This document shows, in pieces, positions 9,348 to 21,016 of a stretch of DNA of 64,000 nucleotides. A program made the translations under genes and the position numbers. The stretch is from an uncultured Piscirickettsiaceae bacterium (GTDB lineage Bacteria; Pseudomonadota; Gammaproteobacteria; Thiomicrospirales; Thiomicrospiraceae): assembly GCA_964471975.1 (NCBI GenBank), contig CAYYIL010000006.1, positions 13,034 to 77,033 on the forward strand. The letters run 5' to 3'. Within the stretch, counting starts at the first letter, position 1; each line of letters begins with the position of its first letter. The notes below the pieces were generated by a model. That model made no database searches and had not been told where the DNA came from. It was given only the letters and a program-made list of their open reading frames with translations.

Positions 9348-10720
9348 TGGAGTGGCTGGCGCTGTTGCTGTTCGTGGTCATCTTTTTTGCCCTGCTGCTG
9401 GGCTTTCCGGTGGCCTTTACCCTTGGCGGTGCCTCGCTGCTGTTTGCCCTGCTGGCCACGGCAGCCGGGGCGTTCGACATGGCGTTTCTGGAGAGCATTC
9501 CCAATCGCATTTTCGCCATCATGAACAACGAAACCCTGCTGGCAGTGCCGCTGTTCGTGCTCATGGGACTGATTCTGGAGAAGACGCGCATCGCCGATGA
9601 TCTGCTCACCACGCTGGGCGAAGTGCTCAACAACGTGCGTGGCGGGCTGGCACTGGCAGTCATTCTGGTGGGCATGCTGCTCGCCGCCAGCACCGGCATT
9701 GTCGGCGCCACGGTCGTGGCCATGGGGGTGCTGGCGCTCCCCGCCATGCTGCGGCAAGGCTACGATCCACGCCTCGCCAGCGGGGTGATTACAGCTTCCG
9801 GCACCCTGGGGCAGATTATCCCGCCCTCCATCGTGCTGATACTGCTGGGCGACGTCATTTCCAACGCCTATCAGCAGGCGCAGCTGGCGCAGGGCATCTT
9901 TTCCCCGGAGCCGGTGTCGGTGGGCGACCTGTTTGCCGGCGCCTTTATCCCGGGCCTGCTGCTGGTAGTGCTCTACATGGCCTATGTGGTACTGATGAGC
10001 TTTATCCGCCCCGAGCGCCTGCCGGTGCGCCACAAGATGGAGATTACCCCGACACTGATTCGCCACGTCTTTACCGCCATGCTGCCGCCGCTGGTGCTGA
10101 TCGTGGTGGTGCTGGGCTCCATTCTGGCCGGCTATGCCACGCCCACCGAGTCGGCCGCGCTGGGTGCCTTCGGTGCCCTCATTCTGGGACTCATCAAGCG
10201 GGCGCTGACACTGGAGCGCCTGCAAGCCGCCATGCGCGACACGCTCACCACCACCAGCATGATCTTCATGATCTTTATCGGCGCCGCCTTCTTCTCGCTG
10301 GTATTCCGGGGTCTGGGGGGCGACGACGTGGTGCGCGACTGGCTGCATCATCTGCCGGGGGGCGCCACTACCGCCCTGCTGGTGGTGCTGGCGCTGCTGT
10401 TTGTGCTGGGCTTCTTTCTTGATTTCATCGAAATCACCTACGTGGTGATTCCAGTGGTGGGGCCGATTCTGCTGATGATGGGGATGGATCCCGTATGGCT
10501 GGGCGTGATGATCGCCATGGTACTGCAGACCAGCTTTCTGACGCCGCCGTTTGGCTTTGCCCTGTTCTACCTGCGCGGTGTCGCCCCCAAAGAGGTCAAA
10601 ACCGAGCACATTTATGCCGGCGCGATCCCCTTTATCGGCCTGCAGTTGCTGATGCTGGTCATTCTGTGGCTGTGGCCTGAACTGGTTACTTGGTTGCCGA
10701 AGGTGCTTTACGGCGGATAA
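9347..10720 (+). CDS. TRAP transporter large permease subunit (DctM family)
   Basis: Starts MEWLALLLFVVIFFALLLGFPVAFTLGG. A 458-aa polytopic protein typical of DctM, translationally coupled to the small subunit. Confidence 0.85.
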   Translation: MEWLALLLFVVIFFALLLGFPVAFTLGGASLLFALLATAAGAFDMAFLESIPNRIFAIMNNETLLAVPLFVLMGLILEKTRIADDLLTTLGEVLNNVRGGLALAVILVGMLLAASTGIVGATVVAMGVLALPAMLRQGYDPRLASGVITASGTLGQIIPPSIVLILLGDVISNAYQQAQLAQGIFSPEPVSVGDLFAGAFIPGLLLVVLYMAYVVLMSFIRPERLPVRHKMEITPTLIRHVFTAMLPPLVLIVVVLGSILAGYATPTESAALGAFGALILGLIKRALTLERLQAAMRDTLTTTSMIFMIFIGAAFFSLVFRGLGGDDVVRDWLHHLPGGATTALLVVLALLFVLGFFLDFIEITYVVIPVVGPILLMMGMDPVWLGVMIAMVLQTSFLTPPFGFALFYLRGVAPKEVKTEHIYAGAIPFIGLQLLMLVILWLWPELVTWLPKVLYGG

Positions 10721-10721
10721 G

Positions 10722-10747
10722 AAAAAAGCCCCGTCGAAGCGGGGCTG
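10722..10747 (-). terminator. Intrinsic terminator downstream of the SCP2-like gene
   Basis: GCCCCG-tcgaag-CGGGGC hairpin, followed on the minus strand by a T-run (A-run 10722-10728 on plus). Confidence 0.6.
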
Positions 10748-10772
10748 GATCACAACAGGCTTCCCCGGGACT

Positions 10773-11171
10773 TCAGGCACCCACCTGCCCCATCACCGCG
10801 AAGGTGCGGATAAACGGCTTGGCCATGCCTGGATCTTTCAGCATGGCCGCATAATCACCGACAGGGAACTTGATTTTTCCAGTCGTAAAAGCCATCCCCA
10901 GGCCCGTCATGCCCGGCGGCTTGGCCATCCACTTGCGCCACTGGTCTTCCTTCGCCCGAATATCCCAGTTGAGGGTTTCACCGTTATAGGCACCTGCTGC
11001 CGTCACGCGGCCATTTTCCACGGTGATGACACCCCGGGGCGCATCTTCGCCGGTAAAACCGTAGCCGATCACCGAGTTGAAGCCGATCTTCTCCAGTGCA
11101 CTGGTGAGCTCACTGTCGGCATTCCATGCGTCGGCAAACCGCTGCATCCATTCGGCATTAAATAAGGTCAT
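10773..11171 (-). CDS. SCP2 sterol-binding-domain protein
   Basis: 133 aa from the ATG at 11171, preceded by GAGGAGG. MTLFNAEWMQRFADAWNAD...GMAFTTGKIKFPVGDYAAMLK resembles the SCP2 fold family. Confidence 0.6.
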   Translation of the reverse strand: MTLFNAEWMQRFADAWNADSELTSALEKIGFNSVIGYGFTGEDAPRGVITVENGRVTAAGAYNGETLNWDIRAKEDQWRKWMAKPPGMTGLGMAFTTGKIKFPVGDYAAMLKDPGMAKPFIRTFAVMGQVGA

Positions 11172-11253
11172 GGGGGATCCTCCTCTGAGACAGATTAAGT
11201 TCAACGACTTTTGATAGTAGAATATTCGCAATATACGTTCAAATAAAACGATC

Positions 11254-11973
11254 TTATATGCGTTTTAGGGAAATTTTTCCCGTCACGAAACAGTGCCGTT
11301 TTTCCTGCTTCTGCAGACAAATGCGTCCCCGGTCATCTACCCCTGCATAACGCCAGCGCTGTCCAGACTGATCCTGAACCACCTCTCCCATCGAGAACCA
11401 GTCCACAGCCGCCCATTGCGACTGAACATTCAGCCACTGAAGACGCTGATAGTTGGGCAGTTTATGCAACAGGAAAGCCGACCAGTCTGCAAGCCAGTAC
11501 TCAGGCGCATGGCCTTTCGTGACTGCATTGGCCTGCTCTGCCGTGCGGCGCCAGTTAATGCCGGTGCCCACAATCAGCCCCCTGCCCTGACGCTCTACCA
11601 GCGTGCCACTGACCTTGCCTGCCGGGTTGTAGAGATCATTGGGCCATTTGCAGGTGAGCGGTTCTTCACTGAGCGGCTGCAGAGCAGCACGCAACTGAAA
11701 GGCGAGCCAGGGTGTCAGGGTGGCGAAGTCTTCAATCCCGCTTGCATCCGGCAGCCACAGAGAAAAGACAAGATCTGCTCCAGGACGCATGGCCCAGCTC
11801 CGTCCCTGCTGGCCGTAGCCGGCCGTTTGAGCGTACGCCACCACCAGCATGGATTCTTCAGGCCGCTGGCGCTTCAGCCAGGCACTGGTGGAATCCACTT
11901 CGGGCAGAATAACGGTCTCACAGGGCAGCGTATCCCGCCACCACCTCTGCATGTCTGTATGGGTCCAATGCAT
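11254..11973 (-). CDS. birA: Biotin--[acetyl-CoA-carboxylase] ligase (BirA, no N-terminal HTH)
   Basis: EVDSTSAWL, QTAGYGQQGRSW and KWPNDLY...GKVSGTLVE motifs. ATG at 11973 lies 5 nt after GGAGGA. Confidence 0.8.
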   Translation of the reverse strand: MHWTHTDMQRWWRDTLPCETVILPEVDSTSAWLKRQRPEESMLVVAYAQTAGYGQQGRSWAMRPGADLVFSLWLPDASGIEDFATLTPWLAFQLRAALQPLSEEPLTCKWPNDLYNPAGKVSGTLVERQGRGLIVGTGINWRRTAEQANAVTKGHAPEYWLADWSAFLLHKLPNYQRLQWLNVQSQWAAVDWFSMGEVVQDQSGQRWRYAGVDDRGRICLQKQEKRHCFVTGKISLKRI

Positions 11974-11990
11974 TGTGTTCCTCCAGAAAC

Positions 11991-12015
11991 GCAAAACCCC
12001 GCCGAAGCGGGGTTT
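11991..12015 (-). terminator. Intrinsic terminator after phosphoribulokinase
   Basis: CCCCGC-cgaa-GCGGGG hairpin, followed on the minus strand by TTTTGCGTTT. Confidence 0.65.
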
Positions 12016-12041
12016 GCGGTCATGCACTCAACATGGGGGAA

Positions 12042-12980
12042 TTACTGACCCAGTGCCTTGCGCTTTTTCTCGATCAGCTGCTTGATCAGCGGGGTCAGGA
12101 TCAGATCCATGGCATCAACGAAGTACTTGCTGTTGTACACCAGGGTATCGTCGCGCTGCATCCATGCGCCCGGAATCTGCTCGGCGATTTCCGGCAGATT
12201 GAGCTGATCCTTGATGCGCACGTGGGTCACCATCAGCGAATCTTCCGGTGCCGGCACGGTGGGCAGCGTACCCTCTTCGGTGGAGAACGGATCGGAGGTA
12301 TCGATCAGGGGCACACGGTGGAAGTTGATGTGCGTGCGGTGGAACTGAGGCACGATGTAGTCCACATAGTCGGGCATGCGCTCCAGGATGACCTTGTGCA
12401 CGTCTTCCACGGTATAGGGACGCTCGCTGGTGTCGCGGTAGATCTTCTGCATCCACTCGATGTTCACCGCCGGCGCCACGCCCACACCCAGATCCACGTA
12501 CTGGGCCACGTCGTAGGGCTTCTCGCCTTCATGCACATATTTCACCTTACGCACCATGCCGTGCAGACCTTCGTAGAACAGCAGGTCGGTACCTTCCGGC
12601 AGGTCTTCCCAGGGGGTGAACTCGCCCGGCTTCAGGTTGGTACCGAGGCGCTTGTTGTGGAATTCCGCTTCTTCCTCGGAGTGGATGTAGTAGCGACGCT
12701 TGCCGGTGCCGGTTTCACGGTAGGTCTTGAACAGCTCTTCCAGCTTGTCGAACAGGTTGGCGTGCTCGGAGAAGTGGGTCAGCGGACGGCAGCCCTTTTC
12801 CTTGCTCTCCGCCACTTTCTGGCGCATGGTAGCGCGGTCGTACTTGTGGAAGCTGTCGCCTTCGATAATGGCAGGGTTCAGGCCTTCTCGCTCAAAGATG
12901 TTTTCAAAGGCCTTTTTCACAAACGAGGTGCCGGCGCCGGATGAACCGACCACGGCCACGATGGGATGTACTGCAGACAT
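12042..12980 (-). CDS. prk: Phosphoribulokinase (Calvin cycle)
   Basis: HPIVAVVGSSGAGTSFV P-loop, then EGDSFHKYDR. Full-length similarity to proteobacterial PRK/CbbP; 312 aa. Confidence 0.9.
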   Translation of the reverse strand: MSAVHPIVAVVGSSGAGTSFVKKAFENIFEREGLNPAIIEGDSFHKYDRATMRQKVAESKEKGCRPLTHFSEHANLFDKLEELFKTYRETGTGKRRYYIHSEEEAEFHNKRLGTNLKPGEFTPWEDLPEGTDLLFYEGLHGMVRKVKYVHEGEKPYDVAQYVDLGVGVAPAVNIEWMQKIYRDTSERPYTVEDVHKVILERMPDYVDYIVPQFHRTHINFHRVPLIDTSDPFSTEEGTLPTVPAPEDSLMVTHVRIKDQLNLPEIAEQIPGAWMQRDDTLVYNSKYFVDAMDLILTPLIKQLIEKKRKALGQ

Positions 12981-13033
12981 GGCTGTCTCCTTGGTTAATC
13001 GGCGGGGATCTGCGTTTTACCGCCCCTGAAGAG

Positions 13034-13052
13034 GGGGTCCCCGACTTTTTTC
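13034..13052 (+). repeat. Copy of recurrent word GGGGGTCCCCGACTTTTT(T)
   Basis: Read directly. Intergenic, 54 bp upstream of the prk start codon and downstream of gyrB. The flank CCCCT-gaag-AGGGG (13024-13037) pairs with its 5' end. Confidence 0.9.
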
Positions 13053-13179
13053 AAAAGCAGTTTTTCTGTGTTGCGCCAGAGCCGAGAGATGCTCAGGCTT
13101 TTGCTTGATTTTGCGGAAATTTGAACCATTTTACACGGTTTTGCCACCCCTTTCGATGACAGCCCCGTGACAAGCGCGT

Positions 13180-15660
<2,481 letters not shown>

Positions 15661-15663
15661 TTA

Positions 15664-16704
15664 TCATAGCTTGAGGGTGTTCGCCTGCGCCACGCCCGGC
15701 AGCAGCGCCGCATCGGTGGCGGTCACCACGTGCTGAATGCCCTGCTCGGAAAGTAGCGCCAGCAGATGGGCACGATGGACAGCATCCAGTTCGGCGGGCA
15801 GGTCATCAATGAGCATCACCACGGGACGCCCGTGACGCTGCTGAAAGGCTTCCGCCTGCGCCAGCAACAGGGCACACACGAACAGTTTCTGCTGGCCGCG
15901 CGACAGGGCCACTTCCGCCTCCACCCCGTCGAAGCGAAAACGCACATCTGCGCGGTGCGGGCCAACGGTGGTGGTGCGCTGCTCGCTGTCCCGTGGCGCA
16001 CTTTCCTGCAACGCTTCGGCCAGTGTCAGGCCCTGGCGCCAGCCGCTGCGGTAGTGTACGCTCAGCGATGCGGTCACTTCGGGCAGCAACGCGCCAACAA
16101 ACCGCTGCAGCGGCGGCAGAATCTCATCCAGATAGGTCTGACGCATCGCATCCAGTGCGGTGCCATGTTCAACCAACAGGCCGTCCCAGATTCGCACTGC
16201 TTCCAGCGCCTGACCCTGACGCAACGCCTGATTGCGCTGCTTGAGGGCGCGTCGCCACGGGCGCCAGTGGGCCATGAAGTCGCTGAAGTGATAGAAGCCG
16301 CCCCAGTCCAGATACTGGCGGCGCAGTCGCGGCCCTTCCTCCAGCAGACGATGGGATTCGGGGGTCAACAGCTGCAGGGGGAGTTTTTCACTGAGCTGAG
16401 CCTGGGTCTCTACCGTCTGGCCATCCAGGCGCAGGTTGGTGGTCTGCAGGGTGCGCGACCAGCCAAGCCTGTGGCCATCCACCTGTGCAAACACGACCGC
16501 CTGATTCTGCTGATGACGAATGACCTGATTGAGGCGCGCGGTGCGGAAGGAACGCCCCGTGGCCAACAGCCACAGGGCTTCGACGATGGCTGTCTTGCCA
16601 CCAGCATTGGCGCCAAGCACCGCATTGAAACCGGGCGCAAGCGTCCAGTTCAGTTGCTCGAAGCAACGAAAGTTGGTCAGCGTCAGCTGTTCAAGACGCG
16701 CCAC
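15664..16704 (-). CDS. recF: DNA replication and repair protein RecF
   Basis: LTNFRCF, Walker A GANAGGKTAIVEAL, signature SRGQQK and Walker B VMLIDDLPAELD. Confidence 0.95.
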   Translation of the reverse strand: MARLEQLTLTNFRCFEQLNWTLAPGFNAVLGANAGGKTAIVEALWLLATGRSFRTARLNQVIRHQQNQAVVFAQVDGHRLGWSRTLQTTNLRLDGQTVETQAQLSEKLPLQLLTPESHRLLEEGPRLRRQYLDWGGFYHFSDFMAHWRPWRRALKQRNQALRQGQALEAVRIWDGLLVEHGTALDAMRQTYLDEILPPLQRFVGALLPEVTASLSVHYRSGWRQGLTLAEALQESAPRDSEQRTTTVGPHRADVRFRFDGVEAEVALSRGQQKLFVCALLLAQAEAFQQRHGRPVVMLIDDLPAELDAVHRAHLLALLSEQGIQHVVTATDAALLPGVAQANTLKL

Positions 16705-16718
16705 GTGTCAACGGGGCA

Positions 16719-17831
16719 TCAGAGCCGCATGGGCATGATGACGTGCTGGCAATGGGCCAGTTCGCCCTGCTCCTCGATGAGCAGCGCCGAGGTGGCATCC
16801 TTGAAGGCAAGGGTGACAAAGTCGTCCTGACTGGTATTGAGCACGTCCAGCAGATACTGCACATTGAAGGCAATCTCGAACTCGGGCCCGTCATATTCCA
16901 CCACCAGTTCTTCGTAGGCCTCGTCCTGTTCGCTGTTGTGGGCGGTAACGGTCAGCAGGCCCGGCTTGAGCGCCAGTCGCACCGACTTGAAGCGATCGCT
17001 GGAGAGGATGGTGGCGCGCTGCAGAATTGCCTTGAGCAGATTGCGGTCCGCCTTGAGCAGCAGCTCGTTGGCGGTGGGCAGCACGCGGCGATAGTCGGGG
17101 AAGCGCCCTTCGATCAGCTTGGAGGTAAAGGTCACGCCCTCCATCTGCACGGTCATCATGTTGCTGGCCAGACCCAGCTGCACCAGATCGTCGCTGTCGT
17201 GAACCAGCTTGATCAGCTCCAGCGCGCCCTTGCGCGGCAGAATGGCTTCCGTATGCGGCAGATTGTCGGTATCCAGCTGGGTTTCACAGGTGGAAAGACG
17301 GTGTCCATCGGTCGCCACCACGCGCAGCGCATGGTCATTGATATCGAACAGCATGCCGTTGAGATAGTAGCGCACGTCCTGCTGCGCCATGGCGAAATGG
17401 GTGTGTGAGAGAATGTGGCGCAGGCGGTTCTGCGGCACACTGAGGGTGACCGTCGCCTGAGTGAGATCCAGCAGCGGGAACTCATCGGCCGGCAGGGTGG
17501 ACAGCTTGAAGCGTGAACGCCCCGCACTGAGGGTGCAGCGCCCGCTTTCGTCAAAGCTGAGCTGAATCACCACGCCTTCCGGCAACGCGCGCACAATATT
17601 GAGCAGCTTGACCGCCGGCAGCGTGGTGGCGAACTGAGGCTGGTCGGCACTGTCCACCAGCACCTGGGCGCGTACCTCGATTTCCAGATCGGTGGCCGTC
17701 ACCGTCAGTGTCTGGTCCTGCAGCTGCAGCAGCACATTGCCCAGAATCACCTTGGTCTGACGTTTCTCTACCACCCCTGCAACGGTTTGCAGCGCCTTGA
17801 GCAACGTGTCCCGGCTGATGGTCAGGTTCAT
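16719..17831 (-). CDS. dnaN: DNA polymerase III beta sliding clamp
   Basis: 370 aa with MNLTISRDTLLKALQTV...ATDGHRL...VIMPMRL. Canonical dnaA-dnaN-recF-gyrB order. Confidence 0.97.
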   Translation of the reverse strand: MNLTISRDTLLKALQTVAGVVEKRQTKVILGNVLLQLQDQTLTVTATDLEIEVRAQVLVDSADQPQFATTLPAVKLLNIVRALPEGVVIQLSFDESGRCTLSAGRSRFKLSTLPADEFPLLDLTQATVTLSVPQNRLRHILSHTHFAMAQQDVRYYLNGMLFDINDHALRVVATDGHRLSTCETQLDTDNLPHTEAILPRKGALELIKLVHDSDDLVQLGLASNMMTVQMEGVTFTSKLIEGRFPDYRRVLPTANELLLKADRNLLKAILQRATILSSDRFKSVRLALKPGLLTVTAHNSEQDEAYEELVVEYDGPEFEIAFNVQYLLDVLNTSQDDFVTLAFKDATSALLIEEQGELAHCQHVIMPMRL

Positions 17832-17842
17832 GCAGTCTCCCC

Positions 17843-19198
17843 TCAGTTGGTCAGTATCTTGATCAAATTATTGAAGTCTTCTTCCAGGCGTGCATCTTCG
17901 CTGCGCAGTTTTTTCATCTGCCGCACCGCATGCAGCACGGTGGTGTGATCACGACCGCCAAAGGCGTCACCGATTTCGGGCAGGCTGTGGCTGGTGAGCT
18001 CCTTCGCCAGTGCCATGGCCATCTGCCGGGGGCGGGCCACGTTGCGGCTGCGCCGCTTGGAGAGCAGCTCACGCACCGGCAGCTTGTAGTAGTCCGCCAC
18101 CGTTTTCTGAATGTTCTCAAGGGTAATGCGCTTTTCCTGGATGCGCAACAGGTCCTTGAGCGCCTCCTTGGTGAGCTCCAGCGTAATCGGCTGCTGGGTG
18201 AACTGGGCGTAGGCAATCACGCGCTTGAGGGCCCCTTCCAGATCGCGCACATTGCCGCGCAGGCGCTTGGCGATAAAAAACGCCACCTCTTCCGGCAGAC
18301 GCACATCGGCTTCGGCGGCCTTCTGCAGCAGAATGGCCACGCGCATTTCGAATTCGGGCGGCTCCACCTGAATGGTCAGCCCCCACCCAAAGCGGGACTT
18401 GAGGCGATCCTCCAGCCCGTCCACCTCCTTGGGGAAACGGTCGGAGGTGAGGATGACCTGCTTGTTGCCTTCGAGCAGGGTATTGAAGGTGTGGAAGAAC
18501 TCTTCCTGCGACTGCTCCTTGTTGGCGAAGAACTGGATGTCATCGATCAGCAGGGCGTCCAGCGAACGGTAAAAGCGCTTGAACTGGTCGATCTTGTTGT
18601 GGCGCAGAGCATTGACCATGTCCGCCACAAAACGCTCGGAGTGCAGATAGACCACCCGTGCATCGGGGTTGTTCTTCAGCATGGCATTGCCGATGGCGTG
18701 CATCAGGTGCGTCTTACCCAGCCCGACGCCGCCATAGATGAAGAAGGGGTTGTAGCTGCCGCCGGGGTTTTCTGCCACCTGCCGCGCGGCTGCGGCTGCG
18801 AGCTGGTTGGCCTTGCCTTCCACAAAATTCTCGAATGTGAATGCAGGATTGAGATTGTGGCGAATGCCGGCCGTCTTGGGCTTCTCCACCTCCACCACAG
18901 CCGCCTCGCCGGCAGGCCGCGCCTCCGCCTTCGGCGCCGGTTCAGCCACCAGGTTGTAATCGCCACCTACTTCCACCACCACCTCTGGCGTGTTCTGCGG
19001 CTTCACCTGCGCCACGGCAGCGCGAATCTGCGGCAACAGCTTGCGATTGATCCAGTCCTGCATGTGGGAGGTGGGCGCGATAAGTCGCAGGGTATTGCCC
19101 TCCTCCTTCACCTCCAGCGGCCGGATCCAGGTGAAGAACTGCATTTCATTGAGCTGATCCTGCAGAAGCGAAAGGCTTTGGTTCCATGTGGTGCTCAA
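17843..19198 (-). CDS. dnaA: Chromosomal replication initiator DnaA
   Basis: AAA+ [24 protein letters not shown], and the domain [10 protein letters not shown] DnaA-box-binding signature. 451 aa. Confidence 0.98.
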   Translation of the reverse strand: MSTTWNQSLSLLQDQLNEMQFFTWIRPLEVKEEGNTLRLIAPTSHMQDWINRKLLPQIRAAVAQVKPQNTPEVVVEVGGDYNLVAEPAPKAEARPAGEAAVVEVEKPKTAGIRHNLNPAFTFENFVEGKANQLAAAAARQVAENPGGSYNPFFIYGGVGLGKTHLMHAIGNAMLKNNPDARVVYLHSERFVADMVNALRHNKIDQFKRFYRSLDALLIDDIQFFANKEQSQEEFFHTFNTLLEGNKQVILTSDRFPKEVDGLEDRLKSRFGWGLTIQVEPPEFEMRVAILLQKAAEADVRLPEEVAFFIAKRLRGNVRDLEGALKRVIAYAQFTQQPITLELTKEALKDLLRIQEKRITLENIQKTVADYYKLPVRELLSKRRSRNVARPRQMAMALAKELTSHSLPEIGDAFGGRDHTTVLHAVRQMKKLRSEDARLEEDFNNLIKILTN

Positions 19199-19329
19199 TG
19201 TCGTGATCCTCTGATCTGGTGGCGACAGCCGCAGGCTGAGCCGCGCCCCTCAGCGGTGAAAGGCAGAGGTGTCCAGCGGTGCCGCCGTTTTATTTGGCAA
19301 TGGGTCATACGATGTACAGCCATTATAGC

Positions 19330-19392
19330 TGTGTATAACTGCAAAAAACAAAGCCGCCCTGTGGATAACTTTTGCACAAACCCTGTGGACAA
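19330..19392. promoter_or_regulatory. Cluster of three co-oriented DnaA boxes upstream of dnaA
   Basis: TGTGTATAA (19330-19338, 8/9), TGTGGATAA (19360-19368, perfect reverse complement of TTATCCACA) and TGTGGACAA (19384-19392, 8/9). Three GATC sites lie in the same 235-bp spacer. Confidence 0.75.
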
Positions 19393-19433
19393 CCTGCGGG
19401 AAAAAGCGCCAATCCCATGATCTGACAGCGGTT

Positions 19434-20231
19434 TTATCCGTGCGTAAAGAAGATCATCTTCACGGCGAGAATGAGCAGAAACACCCCCAGCGCACGCTTG
19501 AGCGGTTTTGGAGGCAGGCGATGCGCCAGACGGGCGCCAAACTTCGCCGTCAGACTGCTTGCTACCACAATGCCGAGAAAGGCGGGCCAGTAGATATAGC
19601 CGGTGGCCAGCGGTGGCAGATCTGCAGCGTGGATCCCCCCCAGCAGATACCCCAGTGTGCCGGCGGCCGCCACGGGAAGGCTACAGGCCGCCGACGTGGC
19701 AATGGCTTCGTGCAGCGAGACGTTGTGCCAGACCAGATAGGGGGTGGTCAGCGTGCCGCCGCCAATGCCCACCAGGGAAGCCAGAAAGCCGATTGCCAGC
19801 CCGGCGAAGAAATTGCCCACCGGCCCGGGCAGGGTGCGGTGGGGCTTGGGCTGCAATGCAAGGATGAAATTGATGGCAATGAGCATTTCCATCACGGCGA
19901 AAACAATGGCCAGATCCTTCGAAGGCACAAACTGCGACCCCCACCCACCGAGAAACCCGCCGAGGAAGATCCCTGCGGAAAGTTGCTTCACCAGATCCCA
20001 GCGCACGGCCCCATGGCCGTGGTGTGCTCTGACCGAGGCCAGTGATGTCACCAGAATGGTGGCCAGCGAAGTGCCAATGGCAAGATGAACGATGTGGGGC
20101 GTGTCCAAGTACCATGCGAAAACGGTGGTGAGCACCGGCACGACAATCAGCCCGCCGCCAACCCCAAACAGACCGGCCATGAAGCCGACCACGGCGCCGG
20201 TCAGCAGATAGACACCAAACTCGATCAGCAC
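19434..20231 (-). CDS. TauE/SafE family sulfite/anion exporter (YfcA-like membrane protein)
   Basis: GTG at 20231 lies 4 nt after AAGGAGG. VLIEFGVYLLTGAVVGFMAGLFGVGGG is repeated later as GLAIGFLASLVGIGGG. The upstream part of ORF 19434..20939 is not called. Confidence 0.75.
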   Translation of the reverse strand: MLIEFGVYLLTGAVVGFMAGLFGVGGGLIVVPVLTTVFAWYLDTPHIVHLAIGTSLATILVTSLASVRAHHGHGAVRWDLVKQLSAGIFLGGFLGGWGSQFVPSKDLAIVFAVMEMLIAINFILALQPKPHRTLPGPVGNFFAGLAIGFLASLVGIGGGTLTTPYLVWHNVSLHEAIATSAACSLPVAAAGTLGYLLGGIHAADLPPLATGYIYWPAFLGIVVASSLTAKFGARLAHRLPPKPLKRALGVFLLILAVKMIFFTHG

Positions 20232-20276
20232 AACGCCTCCTTGTAATCCCTTAATGTTGCACGCATTATACGCGCC

Positions 20277-20954
20277 ATGGCGTATGCACTGATTACCCTC
20301 ATCATTCTGGCGCTGCTGGCCCAGCTCCCCGGCTGGTGGGCGGACTGGACACTGAAACGATACAACGCACCTGCCAATCTGCCGGGCAGTGGTGCGGACT
20401 TTGCGGCCTGGCTGATCCGCGAGAAAAATCTCCCTGTCCGATTGGAGCAGGGCGACAGCGACCACTACGACCCCACCACGCGCACCGTCCGCCTGAGCGT
20501 GCCCTTTTACGGCACGGCTTCCCTGGCCGCGGTGGCCGTTGCCGCTCACGAAGTAGCCCATGCCCAGCAGCACGCCGAACACCATGAAGGGTTCATGCTG
20601 CGGCTCCAACTGATCCAACACGCCCAGTGGCTGCAGACATTCAGTGCCGGCGCACTGCTGGCTGCACCGGTGCTCATCCCACTGACGCACGGCTTCGTGG
20701 CGCCTCTGCTCGCCTTCACGGCCGGTTTTGTAGCCCAAGGCGTGCCCGTGCTGATACACCTGCAGACGCTTAACGTGGAGTGGGATGCCAGCTTCAATCG
20801 CGCCCTGCCCTGGCTGGAGGAAAGCGGGCACTTCACCCCGGCCCAGCTCCGTGTCATGCGTCGCGTGCTGCGGGCCTGTGCCCTGACCTATGTGGCCCAG
20901 TCCCTGGGCAGCCTGTTCAACGTGCTGCGCTGGCTGCACGCCTCACGCCGCTGA
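20277..20954 (+). CDS. Membrane zinc metallopeptidase (YugP / Zn_peptidase_2-like)
   Basis: N-terminal TM, DHYDP...VRLS, HEVAHAQQH zinc motif and C-terminal TM helices. Confidence 0.7.
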   Translation: MAYALITLIILALLAQLPGWWADWTLKRYNAPANLPGSGADFAAWLIREKNLPVRLEQGDSDHYDPTTRTVRLSVPFYGTASLAAVAVAAHEVAHAQQHAEHHEGFMLRLQLIQHAQWLQTFSAGALLAAPVLIPLTHGFVAPLLAFTAGFVAQGVPVLIHLQTLNVEWDASFNRALPWLEESGHFTPAQLRVMRRVLRACALTYVAQSLGSLFNVLRWLHASRR

Positions 20955-21016
20955 AGGTGCATCCACCGCCTGCCGGCCGTATAATCCGAATAACCCATCA
21001 AGAACGAGTGGATACC

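Noticed and set aside
20232-20939. Upstream 236 codons of ORF 19434..20939
   Set aside because: It overlaps the convergent zinc-peptidase gene antisense and has no membrane-protein character. A GTG at 20231 with an AAGGAGG RBS gives a normal 266-aa TauE/SafE protein.
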